In this document: positions 36,388-46,623 of the stretch, in pieces
Layout of the letters: each line of letters opens with the position of its first letter
How positions within the stretch are numbered: the stretch's first letter is position 1
Origin: an uncultured Candidatus Saccharibacteria bacterium
GTDB taxonomy: Bacteria > Patescibacteriota > Minisyncoccia > UBA6257 > GWB1-50-10
DNA length: 64,000 nucleotides
Reading direction: 5' to 3'
Assembly: GCA_964365955.1 (NCBI GenBank)
Contig: CAYISA010000003.1
Coordinates: 677-64,676 of the forward strand
Position numbers and translations under genes: made by a program
The notes under the pieces: generated by a model
Seen by the model: only the letters and a program-made list of their open reading frames with translations
What the model was told of the DNA's origin: nothing
Databases searched by the model: none

Positions 36388-37192
36388 ACAATGTGTAATT
36401 TACCTTTTTCTTTTCGAGAACATTAAAAATCGTTCGAAGCTCTTTTACGGAATTTCCATCGCGATATAGATTCACCGAGCCCCAATACTCTCCCCTGCTC
36501 AACGCGATATCAATGGGGAATGTAAGCGTAAATGTTTTTGTCTCAAAGGGCTGAATCTCTGGAATGTCTTCTGCCTGCGCGAACCCCAACCGTATTTCGC
36601 CATATTTATCAAAGAGATCAAACGTGGCGCGTTCCGGGGCAATCGGCACATTCCCGGTGTTTTCGATCGTTACTTCTATCGCAGGATCGTCACCCTCGTG
36701 AACGTCTAAAATATTGATTTTCCTAACATTGAAATCCGCTACTACATTTTCCCCTACCGTAAAATTGATATCAATACGAGCGCCTACTGAAATCGCAATT
36801 TGTTGTCCTTCTGCACGTTTCGGAACCGTATTAATACGCAAAAAACCTTTATAACTGCCGAAATCTGTGTCTTTCGGTACCGTAACCGCCACTTTGATGG
36901 GGAACTGCTGGACACCTGCGGGAATAATAAAACTTTCGCCTTTATCAACCGTGAGCCAATCTTTGATTTTAACCGGTAGATCGAATTCCGCTTTCACTTC
37001 AAGATCTTCCGTTGGCTGGCCTTGAACGAGATAAATCACCGTTTCAAAACGCGAACCTTTCACCAAGCGGGAATTGGTGACAAACGGAGGCGACACACCA
37101 AAAGCACCGGCAGAAAATGGCAATGCAAAATAAAGAAGGCTGACGAAAGACAAGAGGACGACGGGCTTCTTGAAAATGGCCATAATCCCCAT
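36311..37192 (-). CDS. Secreted protein with a C-terminal TM anchor
   Basis: Signal peptide, beta-rich body, C-terminal TM plus RRRKGA tail. Confidence 0.5.
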   Translation of the reverse strand: MGIMAIFKKPVVLLSFVSLLYFALPFSAGAFGVSPPFVTNSRLVKGSRFETVIYLVQGQPTEDLEVKAEFDLPVKIKDWLTVDKGESFIIPAGVQQFPIKVAVTVPKDTDFGSYKGFLRINTVPKRAEGQQIAISVGARIDINFTVGENVVADFNVRKINILDVHEGDDPAIEVTIENTGNVPIAPERATFDLFDKYGEIRLGFAQAEDIPEIQPFETKTFTLTFPIDIALSRGEYWGSVNLYRDGNSVKELRTIFNVLEKKKVNYTLYAELGGGVLVLLIGAIWFIRRRKGA

Positions 37193-37209
37193 TCTACATG
37201 AACCCTATA

Positions 37210-38151
37210 TTAATTGGAAGAATAGACTGCGGTGAATGTATTGGTTCCCGTATAAGAGCCCGCTACTTGTCCGTTCGGGATCGCAATACCCCAGAATGTC
37301 CCTTGCGTGGAAGGAGTAGAAGACGATGTGGCTTTTACGATATTAATGTCGCGTGCGGTTGCTGTCGTTGAAAGATTAAATGTTAGCGACGCGTAGGTCA
37401 CCGAAGATGTGGCATATTTTTGCTGTGTGGCATTAATGGTATTACTACCATCCGTCATATTTGTTCCGGAAAACTCCGAATCAATTTTGAAGTTTCCTGT
37501 ATTCGTGACAGTGGCGGTTTGGTTCGAAGCGCCCGTATCCGCGCCTGCGGCGACCGAGCCATAACTAATACTTCCCGTAATGTTTAAAGCATAGAGAGAA
37601 TTAAGTTCGGTAGCGGCGGTCGACGTCGCGGTGGAACTGGCACTTGCAAAGTCGCTTGCTTTCACAAATGCCACCCACCACTGTGTTGGAAATGTAGAAC
37701 TGGCGTCGGTAGCTTCCGCAAAGTACTGCATCGGGACCGTTCCTGAAGCATTACCGGATGTATCCGTACCTCCCGTACACGTACCGCCGGTGTCCACAAG
37801 TGTGATACTTCGATAACAATTACTGTCGTCCGCAGTACACGATGATGTTGCCGCAACGCCCGAGCGATACAGAACCGCGCTAATAGTTCCGCTTGAAAAC
37901 ACGTCACTGCATCCGTTCCCATCACTGATCGTTGCGGTTATGGTAACGGTTGTCGTTGTATTTTCCGTAAGCGTGATAGGATCGGAGCTGATGACAACGT
38001 TAGAAACTGCCGGTGTGGCGTTCACAACGGATACGCTCGTACCTGAACTGTCCGCTGATACCAATTGCAAGTGCAAGAAAACACCTAAAAATACGGCAAT
38101 AAAAGCCGCCGACAGGAGATAAGAACGAAACAGAATAGAGGAAATTTTCAT
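37210..38151 (-). CDS. Ser/Thr/Gly-rich secreted protein (paralog A)
   Basis: Signal peptide and low-complexity S/T/G-rich body. Conserved C-terminus ...SYTGTNTFTAVYSSN shared with the next gene. Confidence 0.5.
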   Translation of the reverse strand: MKISSILFRSYLLSAAFIAVFLGVFLHLQLVSADSSGTSVSVVNATPAVSNVVISSDPITLTENTTTTVTITATISDGNGCSDVFSSGTISAVLYRSGVAATSSCTADDSNCYRSITLVDTGGTCTGGTDTSGNASGTVPMQYFAEATDASSTFPTQWWVAFVKASDFASASSTATSTAATELNSLYALNITGSISYGSVAAGADTGASNQTATVTNTGNFKIDSEFSGTNMTDGSNTINATQQKYATSSVTYASLTFNLSTTATARDINIVKATSSSTPSTQGTFWGIAIPNGQVAGSYTGTNTFTAVYSSN

Positions 38152-38223
38152 GTCTTCAGTATACCACACTTTAAATTTTTACAGTATGTTATCCACATTT
38201 ACAATAATATAGAACGACTCTTT

Positions 38224-39813
38224 TTAATGAGTAACGGCCGTAAACGTGTTGGTTCCTGTATAGTTTCCTGAAGGATTTGTCCCAACGGAAAGACCCCAAA
38301 AAACATCCCTTGTGCTCGGAGTCACGGAGGTAGGTTTTGTGACATTTAAAATATACTGCGTGGGCGTTGTGGAAAGAGCGGTGCAGACCGTACAGCTTGA
38401 ATACGTAAAAGTGCTGGTGGCGTATTTTTGATTGCCGACAGCGATTGTGTTGGAGCCGGATATAAGGTCCGTACCGGAAAGGTTGACATCAATAGCGCCG
38501 TTCCCTGTGTTCGTAACCGTGGTGGTTTGGTTCGCGGCTCCAGTAGTTCCGCCGGGAGAAATAGAGCCATAACTGATGGACGCTGTTACATTCAGTGCAA
38601 GGAGCGTGTTCAGTTCCACACCGGACGCGGACGTGGCGGAACCAGACGCGCCCGCCTGATCCACTCCTGTGATTGATGCCTGCCATGTTTCTGCCGCGTA
38701 GGTTCCCGCGTCTGTCGGTTCCGCAAAAAATTGAACCGGCACGGAACAGGTGGCGGTGCAACTATTCCCTACACAAGAACCAAGAGGGCAACTGGACGAT
38801 GCTAATCGATAACAATTATTTTGATCAGCGGCGCATGCCGCACCAACACCCGACCGGTACAAAGTTCCGGTGGCATACGCAATATCCGCAAATCCATCTG
38901 TGTCGGTGACGGTTCCTGCAAAACTTATACTTGTGCTTGTATTTTCCGTAAGCGTGATCGCCGCGCTTCCGTTCACGGTAACCGCAGAGACCACCGGAGT
39001 TGCATTCGCGGCGCTTGCAAGCGTCACCGTGGGATATCGCGTATAAACAAAATTGGTTGCGGACCCTGTGTTCGTAACGCGAAAGCAATATGTGCCGCTC
39101 GATGTTGCGGCGGTAAGCGCTTGGACGGCATATTCAAGTTCCACAAACTTATCGCTCGCAAGCGTAAGCGCGCCAGTCTGACTTGTGGTTTCGCGTTGAC
39201 CTCCGTTTGGAGAAAGGAACTGCGCATTCGCGTCCGTTACGCCACCCGATACCCACGCGATATTCGTCGTGTCACCTCCTTCTGTAAGTTGTGACGCACC
39301 CATATCCCAATCGCCACCCACTATCCCGACGTCGGTATAGGTCGCCGCCGCACATGTGGATTCCAAAAAACCGTACTCGATCTGAAATTGCTGTGTTGAA
39401 AATCCTTCCCGCGTGCCTCCAGCATTGGTTATCTCCACGCGCAATCGTGTCACGATATTTTTTGAAAGATTGGAAAGGGTCGTATCCTCTATTTCTCCTG
39501 TTGCAGAGGTAGCCTGCGATTCGACATTATCGTCGTTGCGCCAATGAAAATGAATCTGCGTATATTGAGGTTTTATGTCCCTTAACAAACTGAACAAATG
39601 CCCCGAAAAAACTTTAAAGGCGCTTGAGGTTGAGATGCCAAACCCCGACTGTCCCCCGCCACTCCGATTTTGAAATGTCGTTGAGGTGCTTAATCCCGTA
39701 ATGGTTTGAACGTCCTGACGCACGAAAAAAGATGTGGATGTTGCATCCCATGCAAGCACCGTAAGAGGAAACGCGATTCCTAAAATTCCCGCTATAAGAA
39801 TTTTCTTACTCAC
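38224..39813 (-). CDS. Ser/Thr/Gly-rich secreted protein (paralog B)
   Basis: Signal peptide and S/T/G-rich body with Cys pairs. C-terminus ...NYTGTNTFTAVTH is paralogous to 37210-38151. Confidence 0.5.
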   Translation of the reverse strand: MSKKILIAGILGIAFPLTVLAWDATSTSFFVRQDVQTITGLSTSTTFQNRSGGGQSGFGISTSSAFKVFSGHLFSLLRDIKPQYTQIHFHWRNDDNVESQATSATGEIEDTTLSNLSKNIVTRLRVEITNAGGTREGFSTQQFQIEYGFLESTCAAATYTDVGIVGGDWDMGASQLTEGGDTTNIAWVSGGVTDANAQFLSPNGGQRETTSQTGALTLASDKFVELEYAVQALTAATSSGTYCFRVTNTGSATNFVYTRYPTVTLASAANATPVVSAVTVNGSAAITLTENTSTSISFAGTVTDTDGFADIAYATGTLYRSGVGAACAADQNNCYRLASSSCPLGSCVGNSCTATCSVPVQFFAEPTDAGTYAAETWQASITGVDQAGASGSATSASGVELNTLLALNVTASISYGSISPGGTTGAANQTTTVTNTGNGAIDVNLSGTDLISGSNTIAVGNQKYATSTFTYSSCTVCTALSTTPTQYILNVTKPTSVTPSTRDVFWGLSVGTNPSGNYTGTNTFTAVTH

Positions 39814-39814
39814 G

Positions 39815-40213
39815 TTACTTTAAATACAGCATTACCGGAGAGGCCGGGGAAATCGGTTGCCAATACAACACTTGCGCTCGGTTCAAAAATATCTCCAAAC
39901 TGCGAAATACGGGAATATAACGCACTTCGGGTTCAATTCCTCCATTTAAACCGAATGCGGAAGAAGAAGCGGAGGCCTCCGGACTGGGTCGTGTGAATTT
40001 TTCCGGCACATATACATTCGTAAGTTTTATAGTATCTCGCGTAACACCGGAAAGGACGCCATAAAATAACTCTCCGTTTGTAAGATTCGCCGCAATCCAC
40101 ACATCGGGTAAGGGAGTGTGGAGTTGCCAATACAACACGCCACGCTCAAAACCAAACCATGTGCCTGCGGTGAGAAAAATAAAAACAATGATCCAGAAAA
40201 CAATGCGCATCAT
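39815..40213 (-). CDS. Membrane-anchored hypothetical protein
   Basis: N-terminal TM segment. 132 aa. Confidence 0.4.
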   Translation of the reverse strand: MMRIVFWIIVFIFLTAGTWFGFERGVLYWQLHTPLPDVWIAANLTNGELFYGVLSGVTRDTIKLTNVYVPEKFTRPSPEASASSSAFGLNGGIEPEVRYIPVFRSLEIFLNRAQVLYWQPISPASPVMLYLK

Positions 40214-40680
40214 TTGGGATTATACCACACCCCTTTTATCCCCTGGTCCGCAGAAATTACGTAATACGTTCCTTCGGCAAGATTTTTTAGATCCGAAAGC
40301 GCGAACTCATAGAAAAATATTTTGTTCTGTGGACATGGGATTGCGCGATTTACCAAAGCCCGTGAAGGGTCCTGCCGATAATCAATGCGCGAAGAAAAAA
40401 TTAACAGCGCGACATACGCGTCGCTGCACCGCCCTTTAAACGTGAGTGTGTTTTCTTTTGAAACAAAACCGTCCTTAAAAACAAACGTGCGAAATGTTGA
40501 CGGATCCGGATAGGTGCGGAATATGTCTTCAAGAGCAACCTGCGGTGAGCCCGCCATGGGCGATTTTGAGGATGGAGAACTGTTCCCCTTCCACCAAAAT
40601 CCCGCGATACTTAACAAAAAAATAAGGAGCGCGAGCCCAAGAATGCGATAGCTCCGCTCGCGCTCCGTCCGTACTTTCAT
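40210..40680 (-). CDS. Membrane-anchored hypothetical protein
   Basis: N-terminal TM segment. 156 aa. 4-nt overlap with the downstream gene. Confidence 0.4.
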   Translation of the reverse strand: MKVRTERERSYRILGLALLIFLLSIAGFWWKGNSSPSSKSPMAGSPQVALEDIFRTYPDPSTFRTFVFKDGFVSKENTLTFKGRCSDAYVALLIFSSRIDYRQDPSRALVNRAIPCPQNKIFFYEFALSDLKNLAEGTYYVISADQGIKGVWYNPK

Positions 40681-40681
40681 A

Positions 40682-41194
40682 CTAATTCTTGACCACGCGA
40701 AGCTCGACCAGCATATCGGAGATCACATTCCAGTAATGCTGTTGCGCAAACTGCCGCGCCTCTTCGGATTTTTTATCCCACGGAGGATTAAAGAACACTA
40801 CCATGTTTATTACGTCGAAATTGCATTTGATCGGATAGTGATCCAGTTTGTTTGCCTTGAGCCAATTTTGGTTGTAATACATCCATGTCGCCTCCGAAAG
40901 CGCGCGCGTATGCGTGGGATCCTGCCACGCTCGGATGGACGCGTAATAAGGACCGACAATTGTGACTTTCGCTCCATCGCAACAAACACGATACACCTCA
41001 TTCATAAACTTCATCAGATCTTTAGTGTGCTCCGCGTAGTGACTCACATGGACTTCCGTTACGGAATCATTTTTGATTGGTTCCCACGGAAATTGCTCCA
41101 AATCCCAGACAAAATCAACATCGGGTCCTGGCGCAATATCGATTCCTTTAAATCCCTTCTGTTTGTTCTGCCCGCAGGCAATATCTAGCTTCAT
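40682..41194 (-). CDS. Class I SAM-dependent methyltransferase
   Basis: Motif I LDIACGQNKQKGFKGIDI and an acidic post-I motif (DVDFVWDLE). Confidence 0.6.
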   Translation of the reverse strand: MKLDIACGQNKQKGFKGIDIAPGPDVDFVWDLEQFPWEPIKNDSVTEVHVSHYAEHTKDLMKFMNEVYRVCCDGAKVTIVGPYYASIRAWQDPTHTRALSEATWMYYNQNWLKANKLDHYPIKCNFDVINMVVFFNPPWDKKSEEARQFAQQHYWNVISDMLVELRVVKN

Positions 41195-41203
41195 AATAGT
41201 TAA

Positions 41204-42004
41204 TTAGTAAATAATTTCAGTTTGAAAATCCAGATGGCCACACCGAATATTAGTATCTACACAAATCTTGTATCCTAATTTCTTAATTTTCTCGTAGAAA
41301 TACAGGTCTTGAGTATAAACACGCGCTACACCATCTTTTATTTCGTTTACGGTTCGAAAAAAAGGTTTTTCTATACGCGGATCTTCGAAAATTGCGCGCT
41401 TCATTAAGGTCATGCCCATGCCGCAGCCATTCACCTCTACAATATCGCCCGGTTGCCAATTCATATTAACTTCAAAAGGATTGGGCACGTTAAAATTACC
41501 GGTCCCGTAAGTTAATGGTAGAGATGGTTCTCCTTTCAACCAGTACAAACCGGAAGCCACATCAAATTTCCCCATATGCTTGTAAAGCTCGATAAGTGGC
41601 CCAAAACTGTTATCCATAAATGGCACTATGATATCGTCTTCAAGGAAGAGAATGTGTCGAAAATTCTTCAGCTCTGGTTGACCCAGAATCTGCCCCACGG
41701 CCTTCTCGTAGGCATCCCCGACCTCATAACCAGAAACGATCATTTCCATCGTCGGAATATTCATCGGTTTGATGAAACGTTTCCATGATTCTACCACCCA
41801 TGGGTGGAATCCAACGTAATGTTCTACCTCAAAAGAGTGGTCACAATGTGGACACTTGGCGCGGGTACTGCTTTTTCCACGAGTAGCAATTACGATGATG
41901 GTGGAAAAATTCTTATACGTATCGCCTTTTAATATCTTACTTTCCCACTGCTTGGCACGGGCATTGCCCAAAAGCTCATCTATGTCTAACTTTTGAGGTT
42001 CCAT
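41204..42004 (-). CDS. Putative GT-A-fold glycosyltransferase (DxD motif)
   Basis: ILFLEDDIIVP matches a DxD motif in a Rossmann-like context. CPHCDH near the N-terminus. The assignment is tentative. Confidence 0.35.
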   Translation of the reverse strand: MEPQKLDIDELLGNARAKQWESKILKGDTYKNFSTIIVIATRGKSSTRAKCPHCDHSFEVEHYVGFHPWVVESWKRFIKPMNIPTMEMIVSGYEVGDAYEKAVGQILGQPELKNFRHILFLEDDIIVPFMDNSFGPLIELYKHMGKFDVASGLYWLKGEPSLPLTYGTGNFNVPNPFEVNMNWQPGDIVEVNGCGMGMTLMKRAIFEDPRIEKPFFRTVNEIKDGVARVYTQDLYFYEKIKKLGYKICVDTNIRCGHLDFQTEIIY

Positions 42005-42005
42005 G

Positions 42006-42944
42006 TTAATTATTTATGACATAATCATAGACCATCCTGGATATTGTTTTCATAAACTCATTTGCCTTTTCTTCGTTTCCACCATTAAAACCGGCACATA
42101 AAATATAATTGCGGTTTGGGGCGTAAACAATTCCGCAATCCGAGAATGTCTCGTCATTTTTGGAAACCCCTATTTTATGGGCGACCAAAATGGAGTTTGG
42201 AACGCCATCCCTTATCTTCTCGTTGAAAGGAGTGTTTGTTAAGTAATCGAGAATTTGCTGAGAATTCGCGGCATTTATGTATTTGACATTATATAAAGCT
42301 AAAAACATATTGGAGAGGGTTTTGAGGTTGATCTTCGTGAAATTTGGATTTTCTCCGAAATCAAACGTCCAACCGAAACTTTCGTAAACCGGCTGGAGCG
42401 GATTTTTTATTCCTAATTGTTCGAGAGAATTCAATAAAGCGTTTTTTGCGGTATTGTCCGAGTGCTCCAACATTATTTTTGCCAATTCGCGAACGGTTAG
42501 TGATTCGCCCGGACCAACCATGTAAAGATCTCCAAAATTTTTGTCTAAATCCGATGCATCTAAAGTATAGACATCCTCAAAATTTATTTTCCCCTCCTCG
42601 ACCGCCTTAAAAAGGGAGATTGCGAGTGGCACTTTGGTCGTACTAGCTGCCGTAAATTCGTCCCGTTCATTCAATCCTATCCAAGACCCGCTATTGAGGT
42701 ACAAAAAATAAACGTAGGTTTTTTGAGGGTACATTTTCTGAACTTTTTCCAACTCCACCCTAAGCGGTTTGAAATTTATGATAAAGTGCTTGTTGAGATC
42801 GCTTAAAATAGTCGGATTGATAAGAGGAAATTGAGATTTATTTTCTACTATCGCTACTGTTCTTGAATCAGATTTTATCGAAAATCCTAAAACAAATCCC
42901 ACTACAAAAATCACCGTTAAAGCGAATATTTTTTTGGTGTTCAT
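42006..42944 (-). CDS. Serine hydrolase, class A beta-lactamase/PBP-like
   Basis: N-terminal TM/signal. SxxK (ASTTKVPLA), SDN (EHSDNTAKN) and KxG (HKIGVS) motifs. Confidence 0.6.
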   Translation of the reverse strand: MNTKKIFALTVIFVVGFVLGFSIKSDSRTVAIVENKSQFPLINPTILSDLNKHFIINFKPLRVELEKVQKMYPQKTYVYFLYLNSGSWIGLNERDEFTAASTTKVPLAISLFKAVEEGKINFEDVYTLDASDLDKNFGDLYMVGPGESLTVRELAKIMLEHSDNTAKNALLNSLEQLGIKNPLQPVYESFGWTFDFGENPNFTKINLKTLSNMFLALYNVKYINAANSQQILDYLTNTPFNEKIRDGVPNSILVAHKIGVSKNDETFSDCGIVYAPNRNYILCAGFNGGNEEKANEFMKTISRMVYDYVINN

Positions 42945-42947
42945 GAC

Positions 42948-44420
42948 TTAGTTTAAATCCAGGTTGGTAAATAAAATCCAAGGCTTGCGGTTCCAAGTAG
43001 TTCCGGTGCCACCCTTTATATTGGTTATAGCTATAGAGGTTGGCATGGCTGTGGTAAAACTAGCATTACTATAAATACCCAAACCCAACTCCGCTTGACG
43101 GGAAGAGTTGGCGGCAATGCCAAAATTGCCGGAAAATGCAGCCGTTGTACCACCTCCACCCATAATAGAAACTAATCCGTTGTTGCTACTACGCATCCAG
43201 ACCGCATACCAATAGTCACCGGGCGTTAAGTTCAAGTTTAATGGAACCGAAAGTCTACGCATGCCAAAAGCCAGAGAAGTTTGAGAACTCGCGTAAGCAA
43301 AAGATTGGGAACCGGAAGAAAGCAGTGAAAGAGTACTGACGTTACGAGTATAGAGTCCTAAGCTAACGCTATAAGTACCACTAGAGTTAGTATTGCCGCT
43401 AATCGAGGCCATCATCATCGCACGAGTGGCGGTTAATTGTTCTCCTAAATTGAATGGTACGACACTCATTACCGCGTTAGAATAAGCTCCGAGCTGGCTA
43501 GTCGCGCCTAAAGGAAAAATGAAATTGCTTAATGTTTGGCCACCTCCGCCACCTGCTGCAGTGATGCTTGCGGTAATGGTCGAACCATTCAGACCAAACG
43601 TTACGTTGTTAGAATTTGAAAACACCACGGTTCCGATTGAAACCGGTGTGGAAGCATTCACCCCGACTGCTGAAATAGTTGTTGAAGAATTCGATACGGG
43701 TTGAATGGTTCCGTTTTCACAGAGAAGCGCACGTGTATTTGCGGAATTATACCAAAGCGACCCATTATCTGTGCAAGCACTCCCGAGCGCATCCACTATG
43801 TTTTTTACATCGAGAGACAATAACGTTTGCCCCGAAGCAACGCCGGCGCCTGTTCCAACCTGTACTTTTGTGCTGGTCGGCGTGCGAAGTGCACTGCCAT
43901 ACACGTTACTTGCGCTCAACGCAAACCCCGAAGCAACAACCTGCTGACGCGGCGCAAGTGTTTCCCATGTGCCTCCGCAGGTGCTGGTCGTCTGGTTTAC
44001 TTCTACATTCAGATATACCGTACTGGTCGAGACAAAGTCGTAGGTTAAGGGGTCCATACGGCCGATCTGATCCGAAAACACCCCATCCACCACGGTAGTA
44101 GTGGAATTTGAAGCGGTCCCCGCGGGCCAAAGCTTGTTTCCCGCAGTCTGCGCATCGTAAAGTGAGTAACGGAAACAATAAACGGTGCCCGTGCCACCCA
44201 AAGGATTTCCGGATGCGTCCGTAAGCCGCCCTTGATAAGACAGAAGGGACGGGATGCCCGCCGCGGACTCTGCCGGTGGGGAATCAAACACGTGCTGGGC
44301 AAGAGAAAGATAAAGAAAAAAGGTAAAAATCGCTTCAAGGGTAATAAGCGCGACAAGAAATATCGCGCTCTTTTTTTCCTTAGGACGCTCGAATTTAACT
44401 CCGTCTTTACAAATAGACAT
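42948..44420 (-). CDS. Large membrane-anchored surface protein (Gly/Ser/Thr-rich beta-strand repeats)
   Basis: N-terminal TM segment. 490 aa of low-complexity body. No enzymatic motif. Confidence 0.45.
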   Translation of the reverse strand: MSICKDGVKFERPKEKKSAIFLVALITLEAIFTFFLYLSLAQHVFDSPPAESAAGIPSLLSYQGRLTDASGNPLGGTGTVYCFRYSLYDAQTAGNKLWPAGTASNSTTTVVDGVFSDQIGRMDPLTYDFVSTSTVYLNVEVNQTTSTCGGTWETLAPRQQVVASGFALSASNVYGSALRTPTSTKVQVGTGAGVASGQTLLSLDVKNIVDALGSACTDNGSLWYNSANTRALLCENGTIQPVSNSSTTISAVGVNASTPVSIGTVVFSNSNNVTFGLNGSTITASITAAGGGGGQTLSNFIFPLGATSQLGAYSNAVMSVVPFNLGEQLTATRAMMMASISGNTNSSGTYSVSLGLYTRNVSTLSLLSSGSQSFAYASSQTSLAFGMRRLSVPLNLNLTPGDYWYAVWMRSSNNGLVSIMGGGGTTAAFSGNFGIAANSSRQAELGLGIYSNASFTTAMPTSIAITNIKGGTGTTWNRKPWILFTNLDLN

Positions 44421-44424
44421 AAAA

Positions 44425-45054
44425 TTATAATGCCAACCCCCCGATCGTGTGGTCGAGATTTCTATAGCTCCCCTTCATGATTGTAGCAAATTCTTCCATT
44501 CTGGGGAGTGCGCGAACACGCAAATGTTTATTAAAATGAACGGCAAGTTCGAGTGGAGCGGTAATTTTTACAAAGTATCCCTCGAGCGATCCATCCCCCA
44601 TACCTACCGTCCACTGCCATCCGAAATCCAGAAGAGAGTCCCCGAGCATTTTGGGTGTGGGATGCAGACGCGAAAAGATTTCCTCAAGGCGGATCACATC
44701 GGAAAATTGATAATAGAGATCGAAATTAGCGCCTACTCCTTCCAACGCTTCTTTTTTTTCGGGAAATAATTTTTCAAAGATATCCCACGCGCTCTTAAAA
44801 AGAGACGATTCATCCGGTTCTTGATTTTTTTTATCTTCAATGCGCAAACGCCGTCCTTCCCAAAAAACCTGCACGTTTTGCGACGGAACATCGAGCATTT
44901 TCGTACCAATCGCCGTATCATCCAATAAGTGCACTCCACGCGAAGCATCTCCTTGGAATAAACCAATAAGCGCTTCATTCGAAGGAGGCGTGATAATTCC
45001 CTCTCTGAAAAGAAAGACGATATTCATCCCATGTAACGATTTTGATCGAATCAT
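44425..45054 (-). CDS. Hypothetical cytoplasmic protein
   Basis: Start taken at MIRSKS so that the overlap with the upstream gene is 4 nt. Confidence 0.4.
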   Translation of the reverse strand: MIRSKSLHGMNIVFLFREGIITPPSNEALIGLFQGDASRGVHLLDDTAIGTKMLDVPSQNVQVFWEGRRLRIEDKKNQEPDESSLFKSAWDIFEKLFPEKKEALEGVGANFDLYYQFSDVIRLEEIFSRLHPTPKMLGDSLLDFGWQWTVGMGDGSLEGYFVKITAPLELAVHFNKHLRVRALPRMEEFATIMKGSYRNLDHTIGGLAL

Positions 45055-46565
45055 GGAAGTGTGGAAGTGACGGTATACATTGTGATGCGTTGCATGGAAC
45101 TGCGTGGAGTCCACGTACCGCGTTTTTCTTGGTCCCCTAAAAGCAGAAAATAATCTCCATCCGCAAATGCTGTGGGGATAAGCGCCGTTGTTATCGTAAA
45201 CTCAAATCGTTGATCCACACAAGATGTTGCGCGATTCACAATCGCACGCGCAGGATCCCGCGTAGCATCTTCCTCTTTGCGAAAAAGGAGCGCGGCAACA
45301 TAGGGAGTCTCACACAAGCCGGAAATTACAAGAGAATCCCCCGCGCCATTCACGGTGATCATTATAGATGCATCCTGTTGGTGTTGGTTTTCAAACGAGA
45401 ATTTTCGAATTGATTCAACGCGTATCTCCTGATTCTGCACCGGAACGGTAAGCACAACGCTTGTTACTTCAATCGGAGGATTCTCGAAAAAATCCGAGAC
45501 ATTTTGGACTCCCGCTTCTACGGCGTCCGCAACCACATTTGGAATATCAGAAATTGCGGAGGTAATTGCCTCAAAAGCAGAAGACGATGTAGGCGCCTCC
45601 GAAGGCGTATTTTCTTCGGGCACATAGGTTGTTTCAAACCATAGTGCGTCAAGATAAATTTCAGGAAGTCCTTGACCTTCCCGCAACGTGGTAACGCGTA
45701 TCTTTACTTTCTGAAGATCACCTAAATCTGCAAACGGCATCTCAAGTTCACTGTTGTTTACGGGTTCCCACCGTTCTCCATCTAATGTGTATTCAATGTT
45801 CAAAAAATTTTCAATACCGTTAAAAATTAACGCCGCACTTACCAAAGGCACCCCCTCTACATTTTTATCGTTTTGCGCAAAAACCGTTTTGATAAAAAAC
45901 TTATGCCACGCACTCGACGAAGTGCTTTCTGTGGCGGGAATAAAAGGAGGAGAAATAATTTCCGGAACCGGTTCCTGCAACGTTGTGCTTGGTGAAACGG
46001 TTTCTGTTGTTGTGGGAACTTCCATTATAGGAGTATCCGTAGCGGGGGTTTCTCCCGCGGGTGATAACGATTCAGGAGAAGCTGCCGCCCCTGATACACT
46101 AGGCGCAATCACAGAAGGCGTCTTGAACATCCACGATAAATGCAGACGCACCCGGAGAATCCTTCCGGGAGTAACGTCACTTCCAAAATTTCCGCAAATG
46201 ATTGTTTTATTAGCGCCGCTTTTCCACACCGCAGAATTAGATTCTGTAAATTGCGCCGCATCCGTCGGATCTGCGACCTCCGATGCGCCCACGGACGCTT
46301 CAGGACGATCCCAATCCCCATTGCACTGCGACGGATAAAATCGCGCAATCTCCGCGCGCACAATAACATTCCCTACCCACACAATAACCAGAAGCACCAA
46401 AAAAGAACCTAGGGTGATCTTGACCGGCTTTTTGTTCCAGAAAACCAAAAAGGAGCGAAAGAATTTTATCCCCGATATTTTTTTTATGGGTATTTTTGAT
46501 ATATTTCTTTGCCGAATATCCTCGATATTTCTCGTTTTTGCATGTTTCATCCATCGCTCTTTCAT
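45051..46565 (-). CDS. Membrane-anchored surface protein with a Pro/Thr/Ser-rich linker
   Basis: N-terminal TM (ITLGSFLVLLVIVWVG), a PTS-rich linker, and a beta-rich C-terminal domain. Confidence 0.45.
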   Translation of the reverse strand: MKERWMKHAKTRNIEDIRQRNISKIPIKKISGIKFFRSFLVFWNKKPVKITLGSFLVLLVIVWVGNVIVRAEIARFYPSQCNGDWDRPEASVGASEVADPTDAAQFTESNSAVWKSGANKTIICGNFGSDVTPGRILRVRLHLSWMFKTPSVIAPSVSGAAASPESLSPAGETPATDTPIMEVPTTTETVSPSTTLQEPVPEIISPPFIPATESTSSSAWHKFFIKTVFAQNDKNVEGVPLVSAALIFNGIENFLNIEYTLDGERWEPVNNSELEMPFADLGDLQKVKIRVTTLREGQGLPEIYLDALWFETTYVPEENTPSEAPTSSSAFEAITSAISDIPNVVADAVEAGVQNVSDFFENPPIEVTSVVLTVPVQNQEIRVESIRKFSFENQHQQDASIMITVNGAGDSLVISGLCETPYVAALLFRKEEDATRDPARAIVNRATSCVDQRFEFTITTALIPTAFADGDYFLLLGDQEKRGTWTPRSSMQRITMYTVTSTLP

Positions 46566-46623
46566 ACTCCATCATTCTACACAAAAAACAGAATTTGTGC
46601 ACAAAACAACGGAGGAAAATTGC

